The notes under the pieces were generated by a model. That model saw only the letters and a program-made list of their open reading frames with translations, was not told the DNA's origin and did not search any database. The position numbers were made by a program, and so were the translations under genes. Positions 10,019 to 18,552 of a DNA stretch of 64,000 nucleotides are shown piece by piece. Numbering within the stretch: the first letter of the stretch is position 1; each line of letters opens with the position of its first letter. Source of the stretch: Candidatus Tayloriibacteriota bacterium (GTDB lineage Bacteria; Patescibacteriota; Minisyncoccia; Phycocordibacterales; PALSA-1337); NCBI GenBank assembly GCA_028286665.1, contig JAQBRD010000026.1, forward strand, positions 7,967 to 71,966, read 5' to 3'.

Positions 10019-11242
10019 CTATTCGTATCTGAGCGCCTCGATCGGATTGAGCATCGCTGCCCGCCGCGCCGGATAATATCCGAAGACGATGCCGATCGCT
10101 GCCGATACTCCGAAGGCAAGCAGTATCGACGATAGGGAAACCGACGTCTGCAGCACTCCGAAATACGATACTGCATAGGATATCAGCCACCCGAGGATGA
10201 CGCCGATCACGCCGCTGATGAACGTGAGCATGACGGCTTCGACGAGGAACTGCGTGTTGATGTCCTTCCGCTTTGCGCCGATCGCCTTGCGGAGGCCTAT
10301 CTCGCGGGTTCGTTCGGTGACTGTGGTGAGCATCATGTTCATGATGCCGATGCCGCCGACGACGAGCGATATGCCCGCGACGGCTGCAAGCAGGATCGTG
10401 AATGTGGAGGTCACGCTCGATGCTGCGGCGACGATGTCGCTCTGATTGAGCGTGCTGAAGTCAGCGGATGCTGCGTCCCTGATGCGGTGCCGTTCGAGAA
10501 GGAGATCGGTGATCTGCTGCTGGACGGCAGACATCGAATCGGCATCCGCTGCCTGCACGCTGATCGTCGAGACATAATCGTCGCCGGCGAGGAATTTCTG
10601 AGCGGTGGAGAGCGGAATGAAGACCATGTCGTCCTGGCTTCCGAACCCGCTGCCGCCCTTCGCTTTCGTAATGCCGACGATCTTGAATTCGGTTCCTTTG
10701 ATGCGGATAGTCTGGCCGATGGGATCGATTCCCGCATTGAAGAGATCGTCTCTCACGGTCGGACCGATGACCGCTACTCTCGCCAGGCTCTTGTTATTCA
10801 GATCGGAAATGAATGTTCCTTCGTCGACCGTGATGTTCCTCACGTCCGGATATGCCTGGACGGTGCCGATGACGGAGGTATTGGTATTCTTGCCTTTGCT
10901 TGTCACCTGATATCTGCCGGAGAGTTCTGGCGCGACAGCCTTCGCCGTAGTCACTCCCTTGACGATGGCATCCGCATCAGCTTGCGTGAGCGTCCGAGCG
11001 GATCCCCGTCCAGCACTTACTTGCGCGCCTGGGCCTCGCTGCGCGCCGGGCATGACGAGGATGAGATTCGATCCGATCGATTGGATGCTCGACTGGATCG
11101 AACTCTGCGCTCCTTGACCGATCGAGACCATGGCGATGACGGAGCTGATGCCGATGATGATGCCGAGCATGGTCAAGCCGGATCGTACCTTGTTGGATGA
11201 AAGGGCGGAATATGTTTCGTGAAGGATGTCGAATGTAGTCAT
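10019..11242 (-). CDS. MacB-type ABC transporter permease (FtsX domain with periplasmic core domain).
   Basis: N-terminal TM LTMLGIIIGISSVIAMVSIG, MacB periplasmic-domain-like region, and C-terminal FtsX helices. Start set at MTTFDIL (ATG 11240..11242), 10 nt after the ATPase stop. The longer track ORF overlaps the ATPase. Confidence 0.75.
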   Translation of the reverse strand: MTTFDILHETYSALSSNKVRSGLTMLGIIIGISSVIAMVSIGQGAQSSIQSSIQSIGSNLILVMPGAQRGPGAQVSAGRGSARTLTQADADAIVKGVTTAKAVAPELSGRYQVTSKGKNTNTSVIGTVQAYPDVRNITVDEGTFISDLNNKSLARVAVIGPTVRDDLFNAGIDPIGQTIRIKGTEFKIVGITKAKGGSGFGSQDDMVFIPLSTAQKFLAGDDYVSTISVQAADADSMSAVQQQITDLLLERHRIRDAASADFSTLNQSDIVAAASSVTSTFTILLAAVAGISLVVGGIGIMNMMLTTVTERTREIGLRKAIGAKRKDINTQFLVEAVMLTFISGVIGVILGWLISYAVSYFGVLQTSVSLSSILLAFGVSAAIGIVFGYYPARRAAMLNPIEALRYE

Positions 11243-11252
11243 GATGTTGCGA

Positions 11253-11978
11253 TTAGGTCTGATTGAGGGGAATGTAATGACGTGCGGTGCGCTTCGTATG
11301 ATGCTTCTTGTCTTCGACGATCTCGCCGTCCTTGATGACGATGATGCGGTCGGCATGCTCCGCGACGTCTGGCTCGTGGGTGATGAGGATGATGGTGTTT
11401 CCGAAATCCTTATTGAGCTTCTGGAATGTGCCGAGCACGATCTCGCCGGTCCTCGAGTCGAGGTTTCCGGTCGGTTCGTCGGCGAGTATGAGCGAGGGAT
11501 TGTTCACGAGGGCGCGCGCGATGGCGACGCGCTGGATCTGTCCGCCGGAAAGCTGATTCGAAAGATGGTGGAAATGCGATTCAGGAAGGCCGGCAGCGAG
11601 GAGCGAAGCCTTCGCTTTCTTCACGCGCTCTTCTTCGGGCATTCCTGCATAGACGAGGGGAAGCATGACGTTCCTGAGGACGGTCGTACGGGGAAGCAGG
11701 TTGAAGGATTGGAAGACGAAGCCGATCTTGTCCCTGCGTATTTCAGCGAGCCGGTCATCGGAAAGCGTCGACACGTCATGGCCGTCGAGGAAATATTTCC
11801 CGCTCGTCGGCGTATCGAGCGCTCCGAGGATGTGCATGAGCGTGGATTTGCCGGAACCCGAAGGTCCCATGATCGCCACGAATTCGCCGTCCTTCACCGT
11901 GAAAGAGACGCCTTTCAATGCCTTGAATTCGATGTCGCCGCTGTTGTATATTTTCGTTACGTTTTTTACTTCGATCAT
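11253..11978 (-). CDS. ABC transporter ATP-binding protein (MacB/LolD type).
   Basis: Walker A GPSGSGKST, signature LSGGQIQRVAIARAL, Walker B ILADEPTGNLD. Confidence 0.85.
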   Translation of the reverse strand: MIEVKNVTKIYNSGDIEFKALKGVSFTVKDGEFVAIMGPSGSGKSTLMHILGALDTPTSGKYFLDGHDVSTLSDDRLAEIRRDKIGFVFQSFNLLPRTTVLRNVMLPLVYAGMPEEERVKKAKASLLAAGLPESHFHHLSNQLSGGQIQRVAIARALVNNPSLILADEPTGNLDSRTGEIVLGTFQKLNKDFGNTIILITHEPDVAEHADRIIVIKDGEIVEDKKHHTKRTARHYIPLNQT

Positions 11979-12007
11979 GGATAGTGTATATGCTTCGCTG
12001 TCTGCTG

Positions 12008-13705
12008 CTATCTGCCCTGGAGTCCGCCGCGATTCGCTCCGCCTGCGCCGGCCGCCCGTCCGCCTACTGCGCTCAAGATGTTCGGAGCGGCCGCTGCCTT
12101 CGTTGCGCCTGTCGTGATGGTCCGGGTGACGATCTGTTCGCCTTCTTTCAAGCCGGAGGTTATTTCGGTGAGCGTATCATTGGCGATGCCGATTTCGACT
12201 GTGCGCTGCGTCGGCGGCGTCGATGACGAGGTGAACATCTCGACATACGAAGTCCCGTTCGCTGATTTCACTGCAGCATTCGGCACAGAGATGACATCGC
12301 TCTTGACGCCGGTGATGATCGCTGCGCTTACGCTCATGCCCGATTTCACGCGTTCATCCTGCGTGTCGAATGCGATCTTGACGCCATAGTTGACGACTCC
12401 TTGGGTGACAGTCCCCACGCCGTCGATCTCTGAAACGCTTCCGGTGATGCTCAGGCCGTCTATCGCATCGAACGTGAGGGTGACTTTGTCGCCGACTTTT
12501 ATCTTCGAGACATCTACTTCGTTGAGGGTGACGGTCGCGATCTTCTGCTTCGTGATGAGCGTCGAGACGCTTGCTCCGCTCGAGACAGTGTCGGTCAGCT
12601 TCACGCTGACTTTCGCGATGACTCCGTCGAATGGGGCGCGGATGAAACTGTCATCATATGCGTATTGCTTCTGCTTGAGGGACAGCTGCTGCGATGCGAC
12701 ATCAAGCGGGTCAGCTCCGCTCTGGAGCTTCTTCAGGGATTCGCTCTTTTCTGCGACTGAAGTGGCTGAACTTGCCAAACTCGACTTGTCATTTGCGATG
12801 GATGTGTTCGCGTTGGAGATATTCGTAAGATCCGAATTCACCTTGCTTGTCCAGCTGTTGACGCTGGTCTGGAATGACGCAAGTCCGCTCGTATTATATG
12901 TGTTCGCGCTCTGTATCGCATCGGCGACGGCCTTCGCGTCTTTCACTGCGATCGCGAGAGCTCGGACAGTCTCGAATGTTTCGATTGAAAGGCTCTCGAT
13001 CGATGTCGTGCCGCTCGATGCTGAAATCTGCTGATAGTGCGAAAGATTCGCATTGTATTTCCTCAGAGCGATGTCGAACGCGACTCCGGCCTGATCCCGA
13101 GTGTCCTTGATATTCTGGCCTACTGAACCGAGGTTCTGATCCGTGAGGAAGCCATTGCTCGAATAGAAAGATGTCCGCATTCCGTCGATGATCGAGGGCA
13201 TGTCCACGAAGGATCCCGCTGCGGCCGCAAGGGCATTGTTGTAATCATTCGCAAGATTGTCGGCAGACTTTCGCTGGGATTCGTTTGCTGCGGCGAGATC
13301 ATTCTGCTTCTGAAGAAGAGTTTCCGCATCCGCAGGCTTGGTGAGCTTCTGATATGCGATGCGCGCGCTCTCGAGATCGATCTCGGCGCTGCGGGCGTCG
13401 ACCCGCGCGATGAGGTCGCCCGCGGCGACTTCTTGTCCGCTCTTCACTCCGATATACACGATATTCCCGGAGGCTTTGCTCTTGAGATCGACTTCGTTCG
13501 AAGCTGAAACCTGCCCGCTGCCGCTGATTGAGGAGATGATGGTGTTTTTCTGCACGACTGCAGAGACATACGCAGTTTTTACTGCAGTGCCGGCATATGC
13601 ATTGATGATCTTGTAGCCGCCGAAGATGGCAGCTAGAACGATGACCGCGCTGAGTACTTTGTGCGCAGCGATGTATTCTCTGATGCTGTGGATGTGTTTC
13701 TTCAT
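12008..13705 (-). CDS. HlyD/MacA-family periplasmic adaptor (membrane-fusion protein) with long coiled coils.
   Basis: N-terminal TM (VLSAVIVLAAIFGG), biotinyl-lipoyl-like hairpin (DLIARVDARSAEIDLESARIAYQKL), extended coiled coil, and C-terminal beta-barrel. Sits upstream of the ABC pair. Confidence 0.7.
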   Translation of the reverse strand: MKKHIHSIREYIAAHKVLSAVIVLAAIFGGYKIINAYAGTAVKTAYVSAVVQKNTIISSISGSGQVSASNEVDLKSKASGNIVYIGVKSGQEVAAGDLIARVDARSAEIDLESARIAYQKLTKPADAETLLQKQNDLAAANESQRKSADNLANDYNNALAAAAGSFVDMPSIIDGMRTSFYSSNGFLTDQNLGSVGQNIKDTRDQAGVAFDIALRKYNANLSHYQQISASSGTTSIESLSIETFETVRALAIAVKDAKAVADAIQSANTYNTSGLASFQTSVNSWTSKVNSDLTNISNANTSIANDKSSLASSATSVAEKSESLKKLQSGADPLDVASQQLSLKQKQYAYDDSFIRAPFDGVIAKVSVKLTDTVSSGASVSTLITKQKIATVTLNEVDVSKIKVGDKVTLTFDAIDGLSITGSVSEIDGVGTVTQGVVNYGVKIAFDTQDERVKSGMSVSAAIITGVKSDVISVPNAAVKSANGTSYVEMFTSSSTPPTQRTVEIGIANDTLTEITSGLKEGEQIVTRTITTGATKAAAAPNILSAVGGRAAGAGGANRGGLQGR

Positions 13706-13713
13706 ATGGATTA

Positions 13714-14235
13714 TTATTTGATCGATGAGGTTGCTGCCATTATTCCCGCGGCTTCCGGCGGCGGAGGGAGGATGCGGATGAGCTTCGCTACGACCTGTCC
13801 TTGCTCGTTCGGCGTGCCGATGACGATGACCGTATCATCGACTGCGATATCTCCCGCAGCAACCGTATCGTGGAATTTTCGGATGATGGTGTTGTTGTCG
13901 ATGAGCACGGATTTCTCGATATTCTTCACGTCAGCGACGATGATGGTGGTCGAAGCAGTGCGCACGACCTTGCCGACTGCTCCATGAGATCCTGCGAAAT
14001 CATTCTGATCGAACGGGTTCATCATGCTGCCCATGCTGACGCGGCTCGGGGCTTTCTTCTCCCGGTCGAATGCTCGGTAATAACTTTCGCCTGATCGGTA
14101 TGAGAAGGCTGCCTTATGATATCCGACGAATACTCCGGCCTGGAAAATGACGAGGAGGACGATGATCAGGAGGATGCCGACGATGACGCCTTGGAATTTT
14201 TTCGACTTATGCAGATTATGGATATCGATGTTCAT
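13714..14235 (-). CDS. Single-pass membrane protein, hypothetical.
   Basis: TM helix GVIVGILLIIVLLVIFQAGVFVGY followed by a ~130-aa extracytoplasmic region. Lies between the sigma/anti-sigma candidates and macA. Confidence 0.4.
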   Translation of the reverse strand: MNIDIHNLHKSKKFQGVIVGILLIIVLLVIFQAGVFVGYHKAAFSYRSGESYYRAFDREKKAPSRVSMGSMMNPFDQNDFAGSHGAVGKVVRTASTTIIVADVKNIEKSVLIDNNTIIRKFHDTVAAGDIAVDDTVIVIGTPNEQGQVVAKLIRILPPPPEAAGIMAATSSIK

Positions 14236-14286
14236 GATGAAATTTTTTTGTAAATAAATATGCTCAAATATTCCGCGACGTAGCCG

Positions 14287-14658
14287 CTATGCCGCCAAGG
14301 CAACCGTGGTGTTCTTGATCGCTCTCGCTCCCGACCAGAGGAATACGCAGAACACGCCGAGCAGGATGGCGATGCCGAAGATCGGCAGCGAATCGACGAT
14401 CGAGAGCGTCAGCTCCTTCCAATAATCAAGCGCTCCGGTCCCGTCGGAAAGAGCGGCCGATACGTATTCGAATGCTCCTGATTGGGAGAGCGTGTCCTTC
14501 ACCGATGCGAAGCTGAATACCGCTGCTGAAAGCGAAATGATGCTGATCGATCCTGAGCAGATGCTCCGTCTGATGCAGGCGCTCTTTTCTGCCTTGCGAA
14601 TCCTGAGGATGATGATCTGCTCGAAATTATTCGGAAATGGGGTCGTAGAGTAGTTCAT
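14287..14658 (-). CDS. Small membrane protein immediately downstream of the ECF sigma factor. Candidate anti-sigma factor.
   Basis: 123 aa with a C-terminal TM (PIFGIAILLGVFCVFLW). The 8-nt gap after the sigma gene fits the usual sigma then anti-sigma order. No conserved anti-sigma motif was seen. Confidence 0.35.
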   Translation of the reverse strand: MNYSTTPFPNNFEQIIILRIRKAEKSACIRRSICSGSISIISLSAAVFSFASVKDTLSQSGAFEYVSAALSDGTGALDYWKELTLSIVDSLPIFGIAILLGVFCVFLWSGARAIKNTTVALAA

Positions 14659-14666
14659 GGCGTTAG

Positions 14667-15266
14667 TTATATATACGTGCCCTGGCCTGGTTTTGGTGCA
14701 TCCTTGAGCTTGGCCAATGTTCGACGGTATCTGCTCTTCACGGTATTCATGGGCTTTTTCAAGATCTCAGCGATCTCTTCGAACGTGAGCATTTCATAAT
14801 GATGGAGGAGGATGATCGTCCGTTCGTCGGGCGGCAGGGAAGCAAGCATGCTCTCGATTCTTTCCGCAAGCTCTTTCTTCTCGAAGATCTCATCGGCAAG
14901 CGGCTCGCCGTCGGGAATGGCGTTTCCGAATTGTTCCGCGGCATCATCGGATGATCTCGAGCGATCCGCATCGATGTCGGTGAAAGTCGCCGGGCGCTTC
15001 TTGCGGAGCCAGTCGATCGCAGTGTTGCGCGCGATCGCGAAAAGCCAGGGCTTGAAGCCTGCTTTCTCGGAATCGAATTTCCTGATGTGCTTCCACGATT
15101 TCATGAATATTTCCTGGACGATATCCTGAGCGTCCGTCGGATTTCCGGCGAGATGATACGTGAAAGCGAATATCGATTTCGAATATCGACGCACGATGAC
15201 GTCAAAGGCCCCGACGTCTCCGTCGATATACGCCTGCACAAGTTCGGTGTCGGTTCGCGTATCCAT
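14667..15266 (-). CDS. ECF-family RNA polymerase sigma factor (sigma-70 regions 2 and 4).
   Basis: Region 2 DIVQEIFMKSWKHIRKFD...FKPWLFAIARNTAIDWLRKK and region 4 HTH LTFEEIAEILKKPMNTVKSRYRRTLAKLK. Confidence 0.8.
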   Translation of the reverse strand: MDTRTDTELVQAYIDGDVGAFDVIVRRYSKSIFAFTYHLAGNPTDAQDIVQEIFMKSWKHIRKFDSEKAGFKPWLFAIARNTAIDWLRKKRPATFTDIDADRSRSSDDAAEQFGNAIPDGEPLADEIFEKKELAERIESMLASLPPDERTIILLHHYEMLTFEEIAEILKKPMNTVKSRYRRTLAKLKDAPKPGQGTYI

Positions 15267-15283
15267 TATGTGTGAAATGAGTT

Positions 15284-15304
15284 GCTGGCAACTGCCAGCT
15301 TTTT
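15284..15304. terminator. Short GC hairpin (gctggcaactgccagc) followed by TTTTT, lying between the PLP-enzyme gene end and the sigma gene start.
   Basis: Palindrome at 15284..15299 with a T-tract at 15300..15304. Confidence 0.4.
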
Positions 15305-15314
15305 CGAACGCAGC

Positions 15315-16277
15315 CTACTCGCCGCAGGTGAGGCATGCGATCGAGCCGCTCCAGCTTCGACCGGTATATATCGCATTCATGAGTCCGACGATCGAGAGCG
15401 CGCTATTGGTCGAGATTTTGATCGGGGTATGCTGCCGTACAAGCTCCTGCGCGATCTCGATCGATTCGTTCGTGGCGATCCATCCGCTGCCGCCGGTCTT
15501 CTCGATGAGGGGGATGAGCTTCGTCCTGCGGATCGCCGTATGGTCGACAATCGCATCCGCGATCGAAGTTTCGCCGCCGCCGTCAGCTGTCACGATGTCT
15601 TCATTGAAAGCGTCTGACATCGGGTGGCAGGAGGATGTCTGCACGATATGGACTTCGATCGGCGCGCGAGCTTTGCCGTTCTTGCCGTTGTGCGCGAGGA
15701 AATATTCCGCGAGCGCCTGCGCAGTCGTCCCTGAAGATGCGCCGACGAAGACTGCTCGCAGATCGGGAATTGCCATGAGCTCCTCGGCGAGCGATTCGTA
15801 TCCGATGAGCGCAACGTCGTCATTCGATTGCCGGAGGCCGCGCATTGTCGGATCCTGGGTTCTTGTGAAGAGCGCCTGGAGCGGCCGCTCATGGGAATTC
15901 ACTCGGATATGCTCGCTCTTGAGCGCTTCGAGCTTCGCCCGCTTATGCGGAGCGATCTTCAGTCCGATGAAGATGTCGAGGGTGATGGGTTCTGCCTGAG
16001 CGGCTTCTATATCATTGAGCTGCTTGATATAGAGCGCGGCAGCAAGCGCTGCGTTTCCTGAGGATGAAATGACGAAAGAACGGATGCCGTCGGCGAGGCC
16101 TTTGTCGATCATGATCGAAATGGATCGGCCCTTGTGCGAGCCGAGCGGGTGGAGATCCTCTCGTTTCAGATACAGGTGATCGATGCCGGTTATCGCTGCT
16201 GCAAGTTCCGGATATGATTCGTGCGGCGTGACTGGCGCGGTCTGTGTTTTGGGCGCGACGGCGGTTGCTGATGTCAT
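15315..16277 (-). CDS. Fold-type II PLP-dependent enzyme (threonine synthase / threonine dehydratase-like).
   Basis: PLP-lysine motif region HLYLKREDLHPLGSHKGRS, glycine-rich loop VGASSGTTAQALA, and overall length typical of the PALP family. Confidence 0.6.
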   Translation of the reverse strand: MTSATAVAPKTQTAPVTPHESYPELAAAITGIDHLYLKREDLHPLGSHKGRSISIMIDKGLADGIRSFVISSSGNAALAAALYIKQLNDIEAAQAEPITLDIFIGLKIAPHKRAKLEALKSEHIRVNSHERPLQALFTRTQDPTMRGLRQSNDDVALIGYESLAEELMAIPDLRAVFVGASSGTTAQALAEYFLAHNGKNGKARAPIEVHIVQTSSCHPMSDAFNEDIVTADGGGETSIADAIVDHTAIRRTKLIPLIEKTGGSGWIATNESIEIAQELVRQHTPIKISTNSALSIVGLMNAIYTGRSWSGSIACLTCGE

Positions 16278-16326
16278 ATTGCTATACTACACCGTTTTCG
16301 GTACTATATAAAGCACAAACATATTT

Positions 16327-16497
16327 ATGAAAAAAACCTGCATCTGTCCCGAATGTAAGAACCAGATCGACCTGTCCCGCTATCCAGACATCAAGGAAGG
16401 CCTCGTCATCGAATGCAATTTCTGCGGCATAACGCTCGAAGTCACCGACATCGTCGGAGAGAACATCGTCACGGAGATCGTGGACGAAGGGAAGTAG
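16327..16497 (+). CDS. Unannotated 56-aa zinc-ribbon protein resembling LysW amino-group carrier proteins. It is below the 60-aa cutoff of the ORF track.
   Basis: MKKTCICPECKNQIDLSRYPDIKEGLVIECNFCGITLEVTDIVGENIVTEIVDEGK. This follows the LysW template CPECGAELRLENPELGELVVCEDCGAELEV... with an acidic tail. ATG and stop were checked in the sequence. Confidence 0.5.
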   Translation: MKKTCICPECKNQIDLSRYPDIKEGLVIECNFCGITLEVTDIVGENIVTEIVDEGK

Positions 16498-16501
16498 CCT
16501 C

Positions 16502-17302
16502 TCACTTTATTACGAAATGAGTTCCAAGCCGTTTCCTCAGGCGTTCGGCTTTGTTTTTGTTGCGCTCCAGCTTCAATTTGTAGCGATGCTTTTGCTGAAC
16601 CGCGCTCTCGATCATTCGCATAAGCTCCGCATCGTCTTTGGCGTTTCGATATGCATCATCGATGAGCTTGAAGAGCTTCTCGTCTATCTTCGTATTCAAT
16701 ATATAGTCGCCGAACAGCGTGATGTTATCGAGGTGCGAGAATGTCGGTACCGATTCGAAATGAATCTGGTACGTGTCACTCTTGTGCTTCCGTGCGAAAT
16801 TCTTATCGAAACGCGAAGGATACCCGATAGTATGGCATACGATCATACGGCGCTTTTTTGTATATGCGATGAAGTCCTCTTCGCTCTTCTTTCGATCGGG
16901 CATGCGTATCCAGAAATTATGCGATCCATAAAAATATATCCCGGCGCCTTCCGTATCCCGCTCAAGGATGAACATGTAATGTTTCCAGAGCTTATCCATC
17001 TGCGAAGCGGAACTCACTTCGAATGCCATGCTCTCGCCCTCTTCGATCTCTGGACTGATGTCGTGCTGGGTGAGCATTTCCGACATGGCTTTTTTCCATT
17101 CGCTGCTGATCGAGAAAATGCCTTTTGATCGTATTGCAATGTCAGCAGCCTCGAGCTGCTTGAGAGCCTTATACAGGCCTGAAACGCTCAGGTAAAAGCC
17201 GTGCTCTTTCAGCTTCCGGCTGATTTCGGATGCGGTATTCGGTTTCAAGAGCAGGATTTTGACGATCCTGTCAGCTGTTTTCTGCGTGCTTATTTGCATC
17301 AT
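16502..17302 (-). CDS. Winged-helix DNA-binding protein with a C-terminal domain of unknown function.
   Basis: N-terminal wHTH-like ADRIVKILLLKPNTASEISRKLKEHGFYLSVSGLYKALKQLEAADIA, and a basic coiled-coil tail. Divergent from the substrate-binding protein gene. Confidence 0.4.
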   Translation of the reverse strand: MMQISTQKTADRIVKILLLKPNTASEISRKLKEHGFYLSVSGLYKALKQLEAADIAIRSKGIFSISSEWKKAMSEMLTQHDISPEIEEGESMAFEVSSASQMDKLWKHYMFILERDTEGAGIYFYGSHNFWIRMPDRKKSEEDFIAYTKKRRMIVCHTIGYPSRFDKNFARKHKSDTYQIHFESVPTFSHLDNITLFGDYILNTKIDEKLFKLIDDAYRNAKDDAELMRMIESAVQQKHRYKLKLERNKNKAERLRKRLGTHFVIK

Positions 17303-17337
17303 TCACTGTATGTTATTTTTCTACTAAAAGTAGAATT

Positions 17338-18549
17338 TTGACTAATTATGATATAAAAAATAGCTTTGTGCAAGTTTCCTCCGGTACGATGCTGGATATG
17401 AATAAATGCAATTATCGAAGCGCCGTTATCGCAAGTTCAATAGTGCTGTTCGTCATTCTTATTGCCGTTCTCAGCAAACACCCTTCATCAGGGTCATCGC
17501 GTGGAAAAGAGCCGATACGGATAGGCCTCGCAATCGGACTTACCGGGTATGCTGCCAATTGGGGCTCGGGAGAGCAGAAGGCAGTCGAGCTTGCGCTTGA
17601 TGAATATTCGGCAAAATTGGATGTGCCCATCAAGCTTGTCGTTGAGGATACGAAATCCGATGGCATCGGCACCGTCAACGCTATCCAGAAGCTCGTCGAA
17701 GTCGACCATGTCCAAGCTATCATCGGACCGACGTGGGGCGACAGTTTCCAGGGCGGTCTTCCGATTGCGGAGAAAGCCAAGGTGGCCATGATTTCGCCGA
17801 GCGCAGCCATGGAGGCGATAGAGAATAGGGGCAGCTTCGGTTATTTCTTTTCGACATGGTGGCCTCAGCAGCAGGAAGTCAGTGCGCTCGCATCACGTAT
17901 CACAAAGGATCATGCGAAGACCGTCTACATCATCCATGATCAGGATTCCTTCAATTTAAAATTCAGCGACATGTTCCAGGACGCGATCGCATCCGCCGAT
18001 CCAGGCATAAGAATTCAGCGCGTCACTGCGCCTATCAGCGCGAATGATTTCAGAACATATGTCACAAAGATAAAGGATGCTAAGCCGGATGCGATATTTG
18101 CGCTGTTCCAGGATACCGGATCAGTGGGGTCATTGATGAAACAACTCAAAGAGCAGGGAGTCGTGGCGAAAGTGTATTCGTCGACATCTGCTCAGAACGA
18201 AGGGAATCTGAAAAAGTTCCCAGGATATTTCGATGGCCTGCGATATTCATATCCTTCCTATGAAGACGATTCGAGATATGCGGCTCTCAAGAGGAAATTT
18301 ATTGAAAAATACGGATCCGGAGCTGATGAAGGTCCCGCATTCGTGAATGCATACAATGCTTCGGTCGTTCTCCTCGAGTCGATCAAGGCAGGGGCAAGGA
18401 CAGGCGAAGAAATTCGAAAGGCACTTGGAAAGATACGCATGCCAGGCGTTGGCGTAGAAGAACTATCATTCGATATGAACAATCAGATTGGAAATGTCAC
18501 TTACCTCATAAAGACTGTGAAGGGAAATTCCTTCGTACGGCTGGACTAA
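17338..18549 (+). CDS. ABC-transporter substrate-binding protein, LivJ/LivK (Peripla_BP_6) type, membrane/lipid-anchored.
   Basis: IRIGLAIGLTGYAANWGSGEQKAVELALDEY...VEDTKSDGIGTVNAIQKLVEVDHVQAIIGPTWGDSFQG is a typical branched-chain amino acid binding-protein fold. N-terminal hydrophobic anchor present. No cognate permease or ATPase genes are adjacent. Confidence 0.7.
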   Translation: MTNYDIKNSFVQVSSGTMLDMNKCNYRSAVIASSIVLFVILIAVLSKHPSSGSSRGKEPIRIGLAIGLTGYAANWGSGEQKAVELALDEYSAKLDVPIKLVVEDTKSDGIGTVNAIQKLVEVDHVQAIIGPTWGDSFQGGLPIAEKAKVAMISPSAAMEAIENRGSFGYFFSTWWPQQQEVSALASRITKDHAKTVYIIHDQDSFNLKFSDMFQDAIASADPGIRIQRVTAPISANDFRTYVTKIKDAKPDAIFALFQDTGSVGSLMKQLKEQGVVAKVYSSTSAQNEGNLKKFPGYFDGLRYSYPSYEDDSRYAALKRKFIEKYGSGADEGPAFVNAYNASVVLLESIKAGARTGEEIRKALGKIRMPGVGVEELSFDMNNQIGNVTYLIKTVKGNSFVRLD

Positions 18550-18552
18550 ATC

